DNA of 36,024 bases from an uncultured Bacilli bacterium (lineage in GTDB: Bacteria > Bacillota_I > Bacilli_A > RF39 > UBA660), in assembly GCA_947626445.1 (NCBI GenBank), contig CANQSC010000002.1:1-36024 (forward strand), written 5' to 3'. Below are positions 33,593 through 36,024 of the stretch, one piece after another. Position 1 is the first letter of the stretch; each line of letters begins with the position of its first letter. A model generated the notes under the pieces. It made no database searches. It was not told the DNA's origin and saw only the letters and a program-made list of their open reading frames with translations. The position numbers and the translations under genes were made by a program.

Positions 33593-34792
33593 TTATCCTT
33601 TTGAAATATCAATAATAGATAATTTATTAATATTTTTTATTACTTTTCTATTTGATAATGTAAGAATAATTAATGTTAAAATATAGTTTATTATTACCAC
33701 TAAGAATGTTACATTTATAGTAATTTTAGATAGTTGCATATCATTTTTCAAAAAAATACCTACAAATATTTTAGCTAAAAAGTATGATAGAATAGCACTT
33801 ATTATTTCCACTATTGTTACAATTATTAAAATACTGCACTTATTAAGGTTTTTGATATCTTCTCTAGTATAACCAGTAGTTAATAATATTGAATATGTTT
33901 TATAATTATTTTCATATTGCTTTTTAAGAATTAAAGAAATAATTATAAAACTTAAAAAATACAAAATTCCCAAAAGTATTCCTGTAATGGTTATTACTTG
34001 ACTTCCTATATCTTTTTTTATAGTTTTTAATTGAGTTGTTTCTAATACTCCGCTTATATTATTAATAGAATCAATATTAGTATTCTTATCCAATAAAATA
34101 TACAACGAATAATTTTTATTTTCAAATAGTTCTGGTTGATATTTTTCATTTATTTTACGTATTGTTTCATGATTTGTATAGCAAATATTATTATCTGAAT
34201 AATCATATTTTTCATCAAAAACTCCAACTAATTTAAATTTTGTTTCCGAATTAACATTCATTGAAGGAAATAATTTAATATTTAAATTTTCATTTACTTT
34301 ATCCATTAAATTAATTTCTAAACTTGAATCGTAAAGGCCATTCTGAATAAGAGATTTTGGTAAAAAATTAGTAGGACAAATTATTTCATATAAATTATCA
34401 CTAAGATCTACACCTTTTATAATTTTTTTGCTTCCTGCTACTGTTCCCCATATTTTAACTTCTCCATCAACATTATCATTTACAAATTCTGTTGCAATTC
34501 CATATGTCATAAATTCTGGATATGTAAATACATCATTTACACCATTCACATTTTTTAACCGCTCAATCATTATACTTTCATCTATTTGCTCAAAATCATA
34601 AGTTACATTATATAATCTAAAATCATAAGATTTATCAAGCCAACTATTCCAAAAGTTGTTTAATGACATATAATAAGAAATTCCAAAAATAAAAGTTATA
34701 GAACAAAAAAGTAATAATAATATAACAATAAAGTTACTTTTATTAGAAATAATACTTTTTATTGAAAAAAAAATTTTATCTTGTTTCTTCAT
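33593..34792 (-). CDS. FtsX-like ABC transporter permease (MacB-type topology), 399 aa
   Basis: N-terminal TM FIVILLLLFCSITFIFGISYY, an extracytoplasmic domain of about 220 aa, then three C-terminal TM helices. Overlaps the ATPase gene by 17 nt. Confidence 0.65.
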   Translation of the reverse strand: MKKQDKIFFSIKSIISNKSNFIVILLLLFCSITFIFGISYYMSLNNFWNSWLDKSYDFRLYNVTYDFEQIDESIMIERLKNVNGVNDVFTYPEFMTYGIATEFVNDNVDGEVKIWGTVAGSKKIIKGVDLSDNLYEIICPTNFLPKSLIQNGLYDSSLEINLMDKVNENLNIKLFPSMNVNSETKFKLVGVFDEKYDYSDNNICYTNHETIRKINEKYQPELFENKNYSLYILLDKNTNIDSINNISGVLETTQLKTIKKDIGSQVITITGILLGILYFLSFIIISLILKKQYENNYKTYSILLTTGYTREDIKNLNKCSILIIVTIVEIISAILSYFLAKIFVGIFLKNDMQLSKITINVTFLVVIINYILTLIILTLSNRKVIKNINKLSIIDISKG

Positions 34793-35468
34793 ATAACACT
34801 CCTTTTTTCATATACAATACTTTGTCAGCAAATTTTTTAATAGAATTATCATGACTTACAACAATTACACATTTCCCTTGTAATGCTAATTTTTTTAATA
34901 AGCTAAATATAAAAAGTTCATTTTCTTCATCTAAATTACCTGTTGGTTCATCAGCTAATATTATTTTAGGATTATTAGCTAAACACCTAGCTATCGCAAC
35001 TCTTTGTTGTTCACCACCTGATAATTCTGTTGGAAAATGATTGGCACGATTTTCTAATCCTATTAATTTTAATAATTGCATTGCAATTTTTTTCCTATTA
35101 TTTTTTGCTATATTCTTATTTATATACATTGGAAGAATGATATTTTCTATACTATTCATTTTATCATTTAACAAATAATTTTGAAATATTAAACCTATAT
35201 CTTGATTTCTAATCCTTGCTTTTTCTTTTTCATCTATAAAATCAACGTCAATATTATTAATTAATATTTTACCATTATTTTTTTTATCAATCATAGATAT
35301 TATATTTAATAATGTTGTTTTACCACTTCCAGAATGTCCCATTATTGCATATAAACTACCATAATCAAAACTATAGGTTATATTATTTAATGCTTTTACT
35401 TTTATAGAATTTTTTTTATTATACTCTTTCGTACAATTTATAATTTTAATCGCATTATCTTTTTTCAT
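34776..35468 (-). CDS. ABC transporter ATP-binding protein (MacB/LolD/FtsE class), 230 aa
   Basis: Walker A GHSGSGKTT, ABC signature LSGGEQQRVAIAR and Walker B ILADEPTGNLD. Confidence 0.9.
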   Translation of the reverse strand: MKKDNAIKIINCTKEYNKKNSIKVKALNNITYSFDYGSLYAIMGHSGSGKTTLLNIISMIDKKNNGKILINNIDVDFIDEKEKARIRNQDIGLIFQNYLLNDKMNSIENIILPMYINKNIAKNNRKKIAMQLLKLIGLENRANHFPTELSGGEQQRVAIARCLANNPKIILADEPTGNLDEENELFIFSLLKKLALQGKCVIVVSHDNSIKKFADKVLYMKKGVLYEETR

Positions 35469-35536
35469 CTAACCACCTATTTTCTTTATTATAAAACTTT
35501 CTTATTAAAATATAAAGTATATTTTTAAATAGCACT

Positions 35537-35580
35537 ATTACAAAATCATATCATATATATTATATGATAGATTTTGTAAT
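35537..35580. repeat. 44-nt near-perfect palindrome between paralog C and the ABC ATPase gene
   Basis: ATTACAAAATC...GATTTTGTAAT outer arms (11 bp) plus TATCATATA/TATATGATA inner arms (9 bp) with a 1-nt bulge. Confidence 0.8.
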
Positions 35581-35590
35581 AATTAATATT

Positions 35591-36013
35591 TTAATTTTTT
35601 AATGGAGAAAATGTAACGTTTGAGGAGTAAAGACCATCATAACCTACGCCATCAATATTAGTGTAGAAATCATAGTATCTAGTTCCAGCTGACATATATC
35701 CCCAATTATGAGATGTTGTATTACCTGGATCAGTATATTCTGTAACTCTACCTAAATTGGTACAATAGGTACTTGCAATCTCAATATATTGCATGCCAAT
35801 TCTAGATATTTTATTGGTCACATGTTGCCCAAGCTGATTTATTAAATAATTTACATATATTGAAATAGTATTAGATCCATCTACATAATCTCTGCTTTTA
35901 CCAGTATGATAATTATCATAGCCAATTGTTAATGTAGAACTTTTTGCACTAACTTTAATAAATGGTAATATCATAACTAATAATAATGATATTACTAAAA
36001 TTTTCTTTTTCAT
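35591..36013 (-). CDS. small secreted protein, paralog C, 140 aa
   Basis: The signal peptide MKKKILVISLLLVMILPFIKVSA-K is nearly identical to that of paralog A. Shares SHNWGYMSAGTRYYDFYTNIDGVGYDG..SSNVTFSP with the paralogs. AGGAGG lies 5 nt upstream, at the window edge. Confidence 0.8.
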   Translation of the reverse strand: MKKKILVISLLLVMILPFIKVSAKSSTLTIGYDNYHTGKSRDYVDGSNTISIYVNYLINQLGQHVTNKISRIGMQYIEIASTYCTNLGRVTEYTDPGNTTSHNWGYMSAGTRYYDFYTNIDGVGYDGLYSSNVTFSPLKN

Positions 36014-36024
36014 CTTTTCCTCCT

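Noticed and set aside
1-36024. tRNA, rRNA or tmRNA genes and CRISPR arrays.
   Set aside because: The few GC-enriched patches (3300-3395, 28918-28969, IS ends) are simple palindromes without cloverleaf potential. No rRNA-like conserved stretches or short repeat/spacer arrays were seen.

Overview
Very AT-rich sequence (about one quarter G+C by eye, not computed) that reads like part of a Clostridium-like Firmicutes conjugative plasmid or ICE. It resembles VirB-like Gram-positive transfer loci such as the C. perfringens pCP13 type, but that comparison is from memory. All genes except two lie on the minus strand, mostly with tiny or overlapping junctions. Blocks: (1) 0.9-3.4 kb mobilisation module with HU, a relaxase carrying an HxDx5HxH motif, two RHH proteins and a candidate oriT. 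(2) 3.5-8.1 kb leading-region-like run with a CHC2/Toprim primase and many small acidic ORFs of unknown function. (3) 8.1-14.9 kb T4SS core: M23 hydrolase, VirB4-like ATPase, VirB3/TcpE-like, VirB6-like and VirB2-like proteins, and SSB. No coupling protein is present in the window. (4) 15.0-19.1 kb gene for a 1365-aa thioester-domain/Cna-B repeat surface adhesin. (5) 19.1-20.7 kb RHH protein plus two tandem ArpU/sigma-region-4-like regulators. (6) 20.7-25.8 kb accessory island, my main candidate for an undescribed system. It holds a translationally coupled SPL-like radical SAM gene and a MazG-like/Nudix/unknown-domain fusion gene. Next to them is a HEPN (AbiD/F-type) abortive-infection gene bracketed by two copies of a covarying RNA hairpin module, and a LysR regulator. 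Their promoters share a TGCA-AT-TGCA dyad operator. (7) 26.0-28.8 kb leaderless PG-binding/DUF1906 hydrolase-like protein plus a membrane protein. (8) 29.0-36.0 kb three paralogous small secreted proteins of unrecognised family, an IS1182-like insertion, and an ABC transporter with two FtsX-type permeases. No rRNA, tRNA or CRISPR array was seen.
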